Origin: Mobula hypostoma
Taxonomy: Eukaryota
Direction of reading: 5' to 3'
Length of the DNA: 64,000 bases
Assembly: GCF_963921235.1 (NCBI RefSeq)
Contig: NC_086097.1
Coordinates: 36,334,001 to 36,398,000, forward strand
Shown: in pieces, positions 1 to 11,422 of the stretch
Position numbering within the stretch: position 1 is the stretch's first letter
How the letters are laid out: the number at the start of each line of letters is the position of its first letter
Translations under genes and position numbers: made by a program
Notes under the pieces: model-generated
Told to the model about the DNA's origin: nothing
What the model saw: only the letters and a program-made list of their open reading frames with translations
The model's database searches: none

Positions 1-141
1 AACAAGTATAAACCCATTGAACTATTGATCTAGATTAAAACTTAAGAACGATTCAAACACAGAAGACTCAATCATTTCAAATTCAACATTGGAGTATGCC
101 AAATATATATACAGCATTATTTCTTAAGTCTTTTAACTTGC

Positions 142-344
142 CTCTCATCACAATAGGAGAATTTCATGTCCAGGCTATGACGACTTAAAAACGTCTTGCT
201 GTCCAGTTTGACCTCTATGTTGGATGGGTGTGGAATAGGTTCACAGATCAAAACCAGACAGGTCATAGGAGGCTCCTTGTGACCACAGTGTGCCTGCTCA
301 TTACTGGATTTGTATACTCGAATGTGTCCCGTGCAATGAAGCAC
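142..344 (-). CDS. HIF1A: HIF1A exon 6 (PAS-A end, linker, PAS-B start); gene continues beyond the window
   Basis: [68 protein letters not shown]; acceptor ttttgtag|; 203 bp if the AG|gcaagt GC donor is used. Confidence 0.95.
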
Positions 345-1297
345 CTACAAAAGACAAGTCCGTATTTGGTAGTTGCTAGGATTTGTGTCCTTAAGTGTAT
401 TTAAATTGTCAAATTATTTTAACTTGGATATTGAAGATATTTGCCTTTCTGCAACACCAAACCTTTGCAGAATTTACCCTCATAAATCATCACAGTGACT
501 TTAATAGCAGTACTCTTCTTTAAATACTCTGGAAGAACAGTTTTAAACGGCCTATTTGAGTTGGTCTACCCCAATTTTACTCCAAATGGAGTAACACTGA
601 CTCTCCGAGTTCAGTTTTACCTCCTCCCTGATGATGTACATTGAGTATCATATCAAGCCCTTTCAAACTCGAGTTAAGTTTACAGGTGTGTTCACGCATT
701 TATACCAGGTTAAACTTCCACTTTGCACTGCCTTAAGCATGTAGAAACATTCCTTAGCGAACAGAACTGGAATTGGTATTCAGAAGCTTTCAAATATAGG
801 ACACTTTACTTACAAGAATTATATTCCAAGTTTCTATCAATGTTTTCCATTATCCATTTATTTTTTGTTGATTCCTACTCTCCAATGAATCTATTTAGCT
901 TCTAGTCTAAAATTGTAGATTCATCTTTAAACTGTTGCATTATCATTTCCATTGTGTACATATTTGTATTTTATTTGCTTTTTTCTTCCATGTGGCATAT
1001 TTGCCAACATTAAACTTATTTATTATTCTGTCCAGATATATAACCTAACTGTTGCTTCTGAATCCAGTACCTTCATCAACCAGAAGTTTCTTATCCTCTT
1101 AAGATTTACCCTTTATTCCCCAGATATTGTTGGAGAGTGCTTAACCTAACATGTTGTTTGAACATCAAGATAGTCACATCCATTTGTAGTTTCATGTCCT
1201 TTTAGAAATCACTAAGTTGGCTGTTTGGGGTTCCATGTCCAAATCTGCTCATTCAGGAAAGATAACAATATCTAGAGATTAGAATTAAACTTCATAC

Positions 1298-1410
1298 CTT
1301 CCACGTTGCAGATTTAATATTAACAGTACGGCCCCGACTTGTCAAAGTACATTTCATCCGCAAGAAAAAGTTACGTTCGGTGTTCTGATCCTTCCCCTTC
1401 TTCAAAAGTC
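1298..1410 (-). CDS. HIF1A: HIF1A exon 5
   Basis: [38 protein letters not shown]; acceptor acttag|, donor |gtatga; 113 bp. Not in the ORF track. Confidence 0.97.
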
Positions 1411-1959
1411 CTAAGTTAAGATACAATGAGTTAGAAATATGTTCTAGTAACAGAAACAATATTTCATATGATCATGGGATGGCCACTTGGCCAATGACTC
1501 CATATTGTGCAATCCAATCATTTCCATTCACTGGCTTCTCTTTTATTCGTTCAGGGGACGAGGACTTCATGGGTTCAGCTAGCATTTACTTGTCCCATCA
1601 CAAACTGTCCCTGAGATGCCATTGGTGAGCAATCTTCTCAATTGCTGTAGTCCTTGTGGTGTGAGTATAACCACAATGATATGAGGGAGGGAATTTCAGG
1701 ATTTTGACTTCGTCATAGTGAAGGAACAATGTTATTTTGTAACATCATAACTCATTTTTTTATTATGTCCCTCAACAGCCTATCCCCATTTGTTACTTAT
1801 ATCAGCAGTGTCACAGGCAGTTAGGAATTCTTCCTCTCATTCACCCCATATGTTGTCCAAAATGTTATGGTCAGTACTATGAACAGCTTGTCTATACTAT
1901 CGACAGTTAAGCTCCTCTAAAGCTGTGGTCAAATACAAGGATTTGCACTTTGAAAGATC

Positions 1960-2676
1960 AAATGAAGAGAGACACAGTTAATGGCAGGACTCTTAATGTT
2001 GCTGTGCGGAGGGATCTTGGGGTCCAAAGTCATAACTCTGTGAAAGTGGCTACACAAGTCAATAAGGTGATAAAGAAGGCATGTTCAAATCTTGCCTTTA
2101 TTAGTCAAGCAATTGAGGTCAATAGTCGGAAAGTTACGTTGCAGATTTATAGAAGTCCAGTTAGATTGTATGTGGAATATTGCATTCCATTCTCGCTGTC
2201 CCATTATATGAAAGATGTTGAGGCTTTGGAGAGGGTGCAGAAAATGTTTACCAGGATGCTGCCTGGATTAATGAGCATGTGCTGCAAGAGGAGGTCGGAT
2301 AAATTTGTAGTTTTCTCTACAGCGGTAGAGAGGTTTGTAAGATTGAGAGGCACAGAGAGTAGAAAGTCAGCATCTTTTTCCTCCAGGGTTGTAAATATCT
2401 AATGTGAATTTAAGGTGAGAAGGGGTAAGTTCAGAGGAAATGTGTAAAGCGTTGTTTTTAAAGAGGGAATGATGGGTACCTGGAATGTGCTCTCTAAGGT
2501 GGTGGTGGTGATGTTCAAGAGGTTCTTAGACATGCACGTGAATGTACTGGAAATGGAAGGATATGAACTTGTCTAGGCGGAAGGATTTAGTTTAGTTGGG
2601 CATGAGATTACTAACATAATTAGCTAAGCACTACATTGTAAGCCAAAGGGCCTGCTCCTGTGCTGTACAGTTCTAT
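1960..2676 (+). mobile_element. CR1 LINE 3' fragment in HIF1A intron 4
   Basis: Decayed RT C-terminus (RDLGV...VEYC...DVEALERVQKMFTRMLPGL) and a CR1 3' end (gccaaagggcctgctcctgtgctgtacagttctat). Confidence 0.9.
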
Positions 2677-3235
2677 CAAATCTTCCTTAAACCCTTCGCT
2701 CTATGGAGAACTTAAGCTTTGTAATTTTTGAAATTAATATCTCATATCCCTCAATACCCATGGACTAGAAATAAGCACGGTTATTTTATTTCAATTTAAG
2801 ATCATCAATAAAACTCACACCTTCAACCTGATACTGTGGCCAAAACAAATTTATATAATTTAACACTAGGAAATCTGAAGAACTATTTATATACCAATGA
2901 CCTTGTGGTAACAGCTTTTTAAAATACGCTAAATTAATTTTAGAGTATTTACACAGTTTCTTTTATGTCGCCTTGTTTTGATCCAACAATGCAGTAATGC
3001 TCAATTACGGACATGTAGCAAGGATACAAAAGATTACTGCAGTAATTGAGAATAGACATCAGAAGTTACAAACATCAGCTGTGATCTTTTTGAATGATGG
3101 AACAGGCTGAAGGGGCAAAGTGGCCTACTACTTTGGATTTATATGAAAATGTACTTAAAGAGAAATCACACAAATGTACAATGCAAGCTACCACTATGTG
3201 TACTTAGTACTATAACACAAATACAGTTTTCTTAC

Positions 3236-3320
3236 CCTGCCTGTGTGAAAGCATTTCCCGCATCTCTTCATGATCACAGGGATGAGTGAAGTCAAAGATA
3301 CTGTGCCCAATCAGTTCAAA
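3236..3320 (-). CDS. HIF1A: HIF1A exon 4, PAS-A
   Basis: [28 protein letters not shown] (EEMREML is HIF1A-type, EPAS1 has EEIRENL); acceptor aaacag|, donor |gtaaga; 85 bp. Not in the ORF track. Confidence 0.97.
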
Positions 3321-3820
3321 CTGTTTAATAGAAATATTGACAATTATAGGTAATCAAGAATCTGGAGAGTTAAAATGTGGCTTTTAAAACAGGGTAAGTT
3401 AGCAACAACTAGTAAACTAATTGAAGAAGACATTGGTTTTAATAATTATGCTCAAAACTGTATATTCAGAATACAATTAGGAGCAAAAAAATGCTGATGA
3501 TGGAAATTTTGAACAAACAGAAAATGCTGAAAGTACGGAATGGGTCAAGCATGTGGGGAGAGTAAAGATAAATATTTGGATCAGGTATCAGGATCAGTTG
3601 ATTGGCCCTTGACTCAAGCATTCTGATTTTCAGCCTACTGATGCTACTTGACATGCTACACGCTTTCTGCATTCTGTATTTGTACTAAAAAAAAATCGGA
3701 TTCAAGAGCAATGACTGTACACTCTACCAAGGTGAACAAATCTTACTACAAAACTGTAGCATATCTCCCATTTTCTTTGTACAAAGGATCACAACGACAT
3801 AGTACTCAAATTATCTATAC

Positions 3821-3966
3821 CTGCGTGAGACCCATGCACTTGTTGACATTCTCAGACATGTAGATCATATCTCCATCCTGTGTTAACACCATGACAAATC
3901 CCTCCAGAGCCTTCAAGTAAAAGCTGTTGAGTTGTTTCTCCAAGTCAGCTTCCACCTCAGCATCCC
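3821..3966 (-). CDS. HIF1A: HIF1A exon 3, PAS-A start
   Basis: [49 protein letters not shown]; acceptor gtatag|, donor |gtatag; 146 bp; phases fit exons 2 and 4. Confidence 0.97.
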
Positions 3967-5200
3967 CTATACATGTTAGATACAGATCAGAGTAAATTTC
4001 TTTTGTCAAGTCAATTAGTAATTTCAAACATGAAAACTTAATGGCTGATTTGAGAACAAAAGAAATGCATTTATGTAACACCACATGCTAAAAGTTTAAA
4101 CACTTTAAACAAAGCTTGTAATTAAGTTTGTTATATACCGTGCAGTATGGTGCAATATTTCTGCAGCCATATTGTACAGAGTAAAAACAGTTGTACATCT
4201 GTAGATCTGAGATCAAAACAACAGCTGAACACTATCCAACTGATACCAATAGAGAAACTGAACTTCTCACACTTTCGTATGAAGCTACCTGAAGCACTTA
4301 TCAGTATACCAAATAACTGAGTTCTTGGTCAATTACCAAAGCAAGACAAGGGGATTGCAAAAGAACTTGCATTTATTTGGGACCTTTTATAGCTTAAAAA
4401 GTCCTTGTGAAGTAGCTTGAGATTTATCATCTGAATGTCAGGAAACTAAAAACAAAGACATCAAAAATGCAGAGATAATCAAGGAGGCACAAAAGGATGG
4501 AAATGGAGAAAAGTAATTTTGCCCAAGGTTATAAAAGTAGAGTGTGACCACACAAACATGATAATCATGAAGAGATTTAACAATCTTCTTAAAGGCATTT
4601 TACGTTTACAGGCACAAGGAAGAAGGATCAATGGACTTTCAGAAGTTTATAAAAGAGACAAAGTTTTGGAAAAGCTCAACTCCATGGAATAAAGTAAGCT
4701 AGCAAGGATTACACTAGAATAGTCACTCATGCACAAGGGTGAGAATTTCAGCAGCACTTAAAAGGTGAGTGCAGATTTATGCAGTGTAATTAATAAAAAA
4801 TAATTGCTTCCCTTGTTCTGAACTTGGGGTTGAGACTTTTTTTAATTTATCATATAAATGAAGTATAATTCAATGCAAGCCTAAATGGATTCTGAACTTA
4901 AAATACACATGAACTAATTTCCATTCTGTTATAATTCATCATTTGAAAAAATCAAAATATGAACAAGTGTACATTGATTTCCAAAAGGTTCAAGGAACTA
5001 AAAGATCAGAGTAATTTGCTAATATTTTCACACATGCAGCATGTTAAATAGTCACTGTAGGGAAAAAAAAACTGATTGTGAACAAGGCTTTCCGTTTCTA
5101 GCTCATGTTCTCTTTACATCTCATGCAAGTCACAAATGAGCAGTCAATATTCATCTGCATTTATTAAAATAACTAGTTGATTGAATTACAAACAGCTTAC

Positions 5201-5391
5201 GATCACTGAGCAGTTTCCTCATGCGTAAGTAGCTGATAGTGAGCCTCATGATGGAGGCTTTGTCCAGGTGAGAGGTGACACTGTGTGGAAGTGGCAGTTC
5301 ATGGGCCAACTCATAGAAGACTTCTGATTCTTTGCTTCTTCGACACCTGGCAGCATCACGACTCTTCTCCTTTCGCTTCTCTGAGCTACCT
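5201..5391 (-). CDS. HIF1A: HIF1A exon 2, bHLH domain
   Basis: [63 protein letters not shown]; acceptor tttcaacag|, donor |gtaagc; 191 bp, the length I recall for mammalian HIF1A exon 2. Confidence 0.97.
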
Positions 5392-6259
5392 CTGTTGAAA
5401 TTAAAAATAGAACCATTAGAAACCCATTTGGGAGATATTTCACACAAATGATAACTAGCTTAAAAATCGTAAATTCACAGCAATTTAGCAGCAAAAGCAA
5501 GTAACTTTGCTCCGTGAGCCTTTCAGCCATTCAATGATCTGCGGTGATCAAACTCGATGCAACTAAATGAGAAAGGGATTTGGGTTACCCAATTTTAGAT
5601 TTAAAATTAGTAACTGACCTTTCATCAAATGGTTGCATGTGGCTCTAGCAGCATTCGAGCAGCTTGACACCAATCAGGACCAAGCACTCCACTTGACTGG
5701 CACTGTAACCAACAAACTACACATTCAATATCTCCACAAAATCTTCCTACAGTTACTTATCTAGGTTACTGACCTCTTAAACCTGCAGACTCAGCTGTCA
5801 AGTAGCAAAAAGATAGCAGGCCCATGGGAACACCACTACCTGCCTGTTTCCTTTAAATATTATACCAGCACAACCTAGAAAAATATTCCTTCATCCTTGC
5901 CAGGTTTAAATCTGCAACATCTATTCAATCTTTCACAGAAGGATCACAACAATCCTAGATTATGAGGATGGATATTACAGTAATAGTTGACCTTGGTCAT
6001 AACACACCAATCAAAATAAAATTAACAAGTTAGTTCACAGGACAGCCGTAGTGTTTCAGGCAAGTCCCAAGACAGTTCGCTTATCAACTAGGCTCTTTCT
6101 CTCTGTGTCTGAATCTACTGCTCATTCTTGTGTTGGGTGGTCTATTACCTTTGTTTTTTTAAACAAATTGTTTAGAAAAACATTCAAAAGGATATATAAT
6201 TGCCATTCACATTGTTGTGTGTCTAAATTCAGGAGATCAGACCAAGATGGATGGTAGAT

Positions 6260-6860
6260 GGTTTGTTTCTCCACATTCTGGTGGGGAGAAAACCTTGCCC
6301 TTTAGAACCTCTTTAAATATTTCCTCTCTCAGCTTAAACCTATATCCTCTAGCTTTAGATTCTTCTACCTTTGGAAAATGATTGTTACCTCTCTGCACTT
6401 TGGAATTTTTATAAATTGGTCAGATTACCCTCATCCTCCTTTATTCCAGCAAGAACAATTCTAGCGGATCTAATCTTAAAATCAGATTTCATGAATTTCA
6501 ATTAACAGCAAATTTCATAACATAGGCCGGTGATATTATATCTGATTCTGACCTAACCTCGCCTTGTAATTAAATTCCCTCTATTTCAGGCAGCATTCCA
6601 GTGAATCTCTTCCGCACAATCATATCCTTTCTATAGTTCAGGGACTAGAACGTATGACATAACCAACATCTTGTACAGCTTCACTACTCTATACATTTTC
6701 AAGGAACTATGAACTAGGACTAAGTTTGTTTCTATAAATCAATACTACTCCCTGCCAATCCACTGCATTAGATGACCTACAAAGCTTAACCTCTCACTTG
6801 TCTAGATCAAATTCCATTTACCATTGCTCTCTCCAACTTTCCAGTTGAATTTTTGAATAA
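6260..6860 (-). mobile_element. Heavily decayed CR1 fragment
   Basis: Patchy resemblance to the reverse complement of the CR1 3' ORF2 copies elsewhere in the window. Confidence 0.55.
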
Positions 6861-9477
6861 ATGGCATTAATATTTTAAATGCTGTTAAGATTTTAAAATC
6901 TTGAATCTTTTGTATTTCATGAAGTATTTTGATGGGGTTGATAACTAGAGGGCATACCTTAGCTGATTATCAAACTTCTCAATATTTTTTTCCAGATATT
7001 TGGTTCACCCATCATCCATTCCTGCTGAAGCTTGAGCATGGATTGAAAAGTAAGTTCTTACATTCAATAGGCAAAAGCAACAGTGAATAGATCAGCAGTG
7101 AGTAGGTAGGTCACTACTAAGTATAAAGTATGTATGGGTCTCTGTTAAATCGTTATGTTCAGTGATTAATTAAATCACCTGCTTCCTAAAGGTTTCAGTG
7201 TTTCTTTACCTGAATTATATAAAGAATTATAATGCTCTATTTACAATTCAAATTCAATATCTTCTACCCAAAAAATGTCTGCATTAATTGTATAGATGAC
7301 TTGGTGCTACCTAGTTTAGTACCTCTGTGAACTCTACTTCATAAAAACATAAAGCAAATATTATTTTAGTTCAATTTCAAATGATCTAATAAATAGTCAG
7401 GATTACCTGGTCCAAAATGGGAGAAGAAAATGAGTTGGGACCTCATTCTTACATTCTACTGGAAGATTCACTTCCTCAATTCCCATCCTCACCACTAGAG
7501 GGGGCTTTAACAAAACTTTTGAACTTCAAAATGCAAGTTGGACAGAGGTTCAAAGATGGTTTCTGACATTTAGTATGGAAAAATCTGCAATTTAAGCAAC
7601 TCAGATTCTTAATGGATCAATGTACAATAAATATTCTAAGGGTATGTTTATTAGGGAAAAAATTCCTAGGACTTTAAAGTGGATTAAAAGAAAATCCATA
7701 GATGAAGAGTACTAGTAATTTGATACTTTACAAAAGGTTTAGTTGGACTGTCTCACTTTTGGACAATGCATTTGGAATCCTAATTCATAAACTGCTTTTT
7801 ATAAACTCATCTGCGTCCCTTAAGATAGTGTGACATGCATCCCTAGGTGTCTCTTTTCCTGCCCATGATACAAAAACAAATGTCAATTTTTCAGCATTGT
7901 ATTATCAACCAAAATTCCAAATTAACCATTTGCTTTTAAGTTTATTGCTAACTACATGTTCATTTTAAGAAGTTATACCAAATTTGCAAGCAATGTGTAC
8001 AACTGTAGTCCAAATTATTTATACATATTAAGTAGGGCAGATGTCCCACTCCCCTACCAGTAAGGAAAAACATCGGCACATTCTCTCTGCTCTGGAAAAC
8101 TATTTACAACTCCGTTCTTAATTTTTATTCCATAGCCTATTTCCAATCCATATTCTCAATGTTTACTTCAACCATGAGGAACTAATTTGGCTGTTGTCAT
8201 ATGCCTGTCCATAAACACCAACAAACTAGATTACTCTCATTGAGTCTATTAATTCAAAGATCAAGCAAACACTATTTGTTTCTTTTAACAATTCCCCACT
8301 GGCTTTCCTTTATTTACCCATACTTTTCTGAATACCCAATGAATTTGTTTTGGATGAGTTTCTAAGTGTCTCCGAATTTCAGCATGAGTTTCAGTCCGAA
8401 TGGGTTGAGTTGATAGATTCATGCTACTTTGTTTTTTTTAAGCTTCAAACTTGCGAACTTTCACTGCGTCCACCACCTCATAAGAATGTCTTTACATTTT
8501 TGTTTTGCTTGTCTACATATGTGATGTCTAAAAATCACTCAGCTATATACTACCAAGGAGCTTTTCTACATTTGATCCTTTTAAGCTACAAGCTCAATCT
8601 TTCCAAGAACTTTGTTTCATTGTCCTTTTTCCCCCTCCTTCTCGGGGGTGTCTTTTAATCATGTTTCTGGACTAAATTCCTCATTCGTTTTCAGTTTTAA
8701 TTTTTAATTCAAGCAAACCTAGGCTAGAGTCTTTTCCATTTCCCTTGTTATCCTCCTTTCGGTTATGTATTTTAGCCCTGACTTTTCTTGACCTTTTAAT
8801 GTTGTCTAAATAACTCCTCCTCCATCCAGCTTCATTTCCTGAATTAGATCTAGCAAAGCTTCCTTGCTCATTAGGTGGGGGGGGGGGGTGCGGGGAAGGA
8901 TTGTGTTTGCATACACATCTGAAATTCTCTCTCTCTGCTTTTATCTTTAATCTCATCCATGTAAATAATTAATGTCATCTCCTATCAGTTTGCATATACT
9001 CTCAACCCTGTTCTACTATAAAGTCTCCTGAAGTACATATGAAATAATTTAACTTTTCTGATGAGAATCAATTCTTACCAAATATATTGTTCCTCTTTAC
9101 CAAGACTACCCAAATTTTTCCTCTTTTCCAAAATCCAATGCTTCACCACACCCCTTCCTCCTTCAGTACACTTTAAACAACTAACTTTAGGATTAAAAGA
9201 TCTGCAACAATCATGATTTCCCCCCTCCCCTCAAGAAGATACAGATTGTTACAGCATCAGATTGCTAGTGTAAAGTTCTTTGTAGCAATGCACAAATTGA
9301 ATAATATTGTTGCAGCAAACTCAAAGAAAATAGAAGGCCAACCAAAAAAGGTGGAAAGCCGGACATCCGGAACCAAAGTCACATAATTAACTTGTACTCC
9401 AAAAAAAACGTATAGTGATAATAGACATCAATTTTCCTGACTTGCAACTTCTGTATCTAACAAAATGGATACACCAA

Positions 9478-9790
9478 GGACTGCAGCAGTTCATGTAGGT
9501 AGAGCTACTGCCTCAGAGCTAGAGCTGCAGATTCAATCCTTATTCCAGGCGCCATCAGTACGGTGGTTTGTATATTCTCCCTGTAATCACGTGCATTTCC
9601 TCCAGGTGGTCTGGTTTCCTCCCATATCCCAAAGACACGTAAATTGTCCCTAGTGTGTAGGTCAGTTGGAGAGTAGGAGGCACGTTCATGAGAATGTGGA
9701 AAGAATAAAAACTGCTTATAGTTAAAATAGGGGTGATTGTCAGCATTGTTCAGTGGTCTGAAGGGCTTGTTTTCATACAACTGAAAAAAA
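9478..9790 (+). mobile_element. tRNA-derived V-domain SINE (HE1-like)
   Basis: tRNA-like head (ggtagagctactgcctca...gattcaatcc), V-domain (gtttgtatattctccctgt...ggtttcctcccatatcccaaagac) and a CR1-like tail. Confidence 0.75.
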
Positions 9791-9880
9791 TACACTGGCA
9801 GACTGGTCTTACCAAGAATATGGAGGAAAAGAGTTTTGACAGTGTTTTGATCAGATCCTACCTGGAAATGTTGAAACTGG

Positions 9881-10189
9881 TATATAGGCTTGTATGCAAC
9901 ATTTTGGACCAGTGGAAATGGTCCAGAAGGGTTGTATGGAAACTATTATTACCATTTTTCTTAACAACTAATTTCATTACTTAGCCTAATAGGTTAGATT
10001 TACCACAGTACATAATTATCTATTTAAATGTTTATTTTCCTTTTATATCATCTTAATGTGTACTTAAGAATGTATAAATAATTGTAGTTTTATACATATA
10101 AAAAAAATGGAAAAGGTTATATGTGTGAAAAAAGTACATGATAATTGTGAATTCCTTATCCAAATAAAAATAAAATTAAAAAAAAGGGG
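9881..10189 (+). mobile_element. Short poly(A)-tailed retroposed insertion (L1-type mechanism) with 14-bp TSD
   Basis: aatgttgaaactgg at 9867-9880 and 10190-10203; AATAAA and an A-rich tail at ~10162-10185. Confidence 0.75.
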
Positions 10190-10666
10190 AATGTTGAAAC
10201 TGGGACCTACACTCCAAGAATTAAGGCGAGCAATATTCTGATAGAGGTTGAGAGTTCAACTGCAAGGTGCTACCTGAAGGTGATAAACCCCCTTGAACTA
10301 AAAACACAAAGAAGTTATCTGTAGCATATAAAATGGCTGTGTAGGATAGATACAGAGAAACCATTCTCCTGGAGGAAAATTTACCACGAGAAAGGATGCC
10401 TTTAAAGTAACAGGAAGTATTTCTCCCATTTAGTTTACAACCTCAGGAGAGCCAAAGAGCTGGATTAACTGAGTTTTTAAAACTGTCTTAGGTTATTTAT
10501 TTTGCACAGCTACTAAAGAAATGTACAGATCAAAGATTCTCAAATTAATTGACAGAAAAAGCTTGAGTTGAACAGTCCAGTTACTTATTTACCTTTCAAA
10601 AAATGTAGATAAATATTTTAATAATCTAAAGGTTAAAAGAAATTGCCCTGAATGGTTTACTACACT

Positions 10667-10822
10667 GTTGTTGTTGTTAGTCCATCATACATTGATGAGG
10701 ACCTCGACTCCATTATTGATGGTGTCGAGACTAGCGCATGACTTGGATTTAAGTGAGGGAGAGTTGCGCAGCGTCAGCCTCACTCTCTCTTCCCAATTCC
10801 CATCTGGATCAAGTAGCAAGAC
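10667..10822 (-). mobile_element. RTE-clade-like 3' end with (AAC)n tail and 8-bp TSD
   Basis: actacact at 10659-10666 and 10823-10830; (gtt)4 tail on the plus strand; body ttggatttaagtgagggagagttgcgcagcgtcagcctcactctctc. Confidence 0.7.
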
Positions 10823-11098
10823 ACTACACTAGAGCAGGTATAATGGACCAAATTGGCTTCCTCAACCATTATTGATCCTGAATAGCATTGGTTTATAAAT
10901 ACAATAAAGATATTAAAATAAAATGAAAAGGAAATAGAAAATACAACAGATGAGACTAATCAGCATCAGCAATATTTTCCAAATGGCTATGAATTCCGTA
11001 CAAGTATCTGACAATATCAAAAGTAGTTCCTACTGGTTATTTTTTTGTGAAAATAAAGACACATAATTGAGTCATTCAAATCTTCCCAATTCTAGAAA

Positions 11099-11422
11099 CT
11101 AACTTACTTACTACCCATTACGCTGCTGGCATTTAGGGCAGCAATGAAGATCCTCCGTCTGTCAGTATAGAAGGATTCTTCATTGCTGTTTCCATAACAA
11201 TTTTTTTTGAGCAGTCAGGGTTGTTAACCCCGAGCTGAAATCCTGAATTTAGAGGACCAGTGGACCACTCTTTGTCTGGACTCTACCCTTTGACCTGTTT
11301 GGCATGGGCGACCCTACCAAGAGCCAAAGCACAAGGCCCTGACTCCTGCCAACATAGCTCTCCGAGTCATTGAGGCATGCAAGTCTCCAAATCCTACAAC
11401 AAGGTTGTGATCTTCTTGGAGG
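11099..11422 (-). mobile_element. Non-autonomous bipartite RTE element (5' UTR fused to 3' end)
   Basis: BovB/Rex3-like 5' motifs (GATCACAACCTTGT...CTCAATGA...GAGCTATG...GGTAGGGTCGCCCA...CAGGTC...TGGTCCACTGG), (TAAG)n tail, and a ~12-bp TSD caattctag(a/g)aa at 11087-11098 and 11423-11434. Confidence 0.75.

Noticed and set aside
5151..5447. ORF-track ORFs 5151-5447, 3815-4084 and 117-344 as standalone proteins
   Set aside because: They are single HIF1A exons extended into intron sequence.
8000..9260. Possible very old L1-like fragments on the minus strand
   Set aside because: Only vague motif remnants; I could not define boundaries or family.
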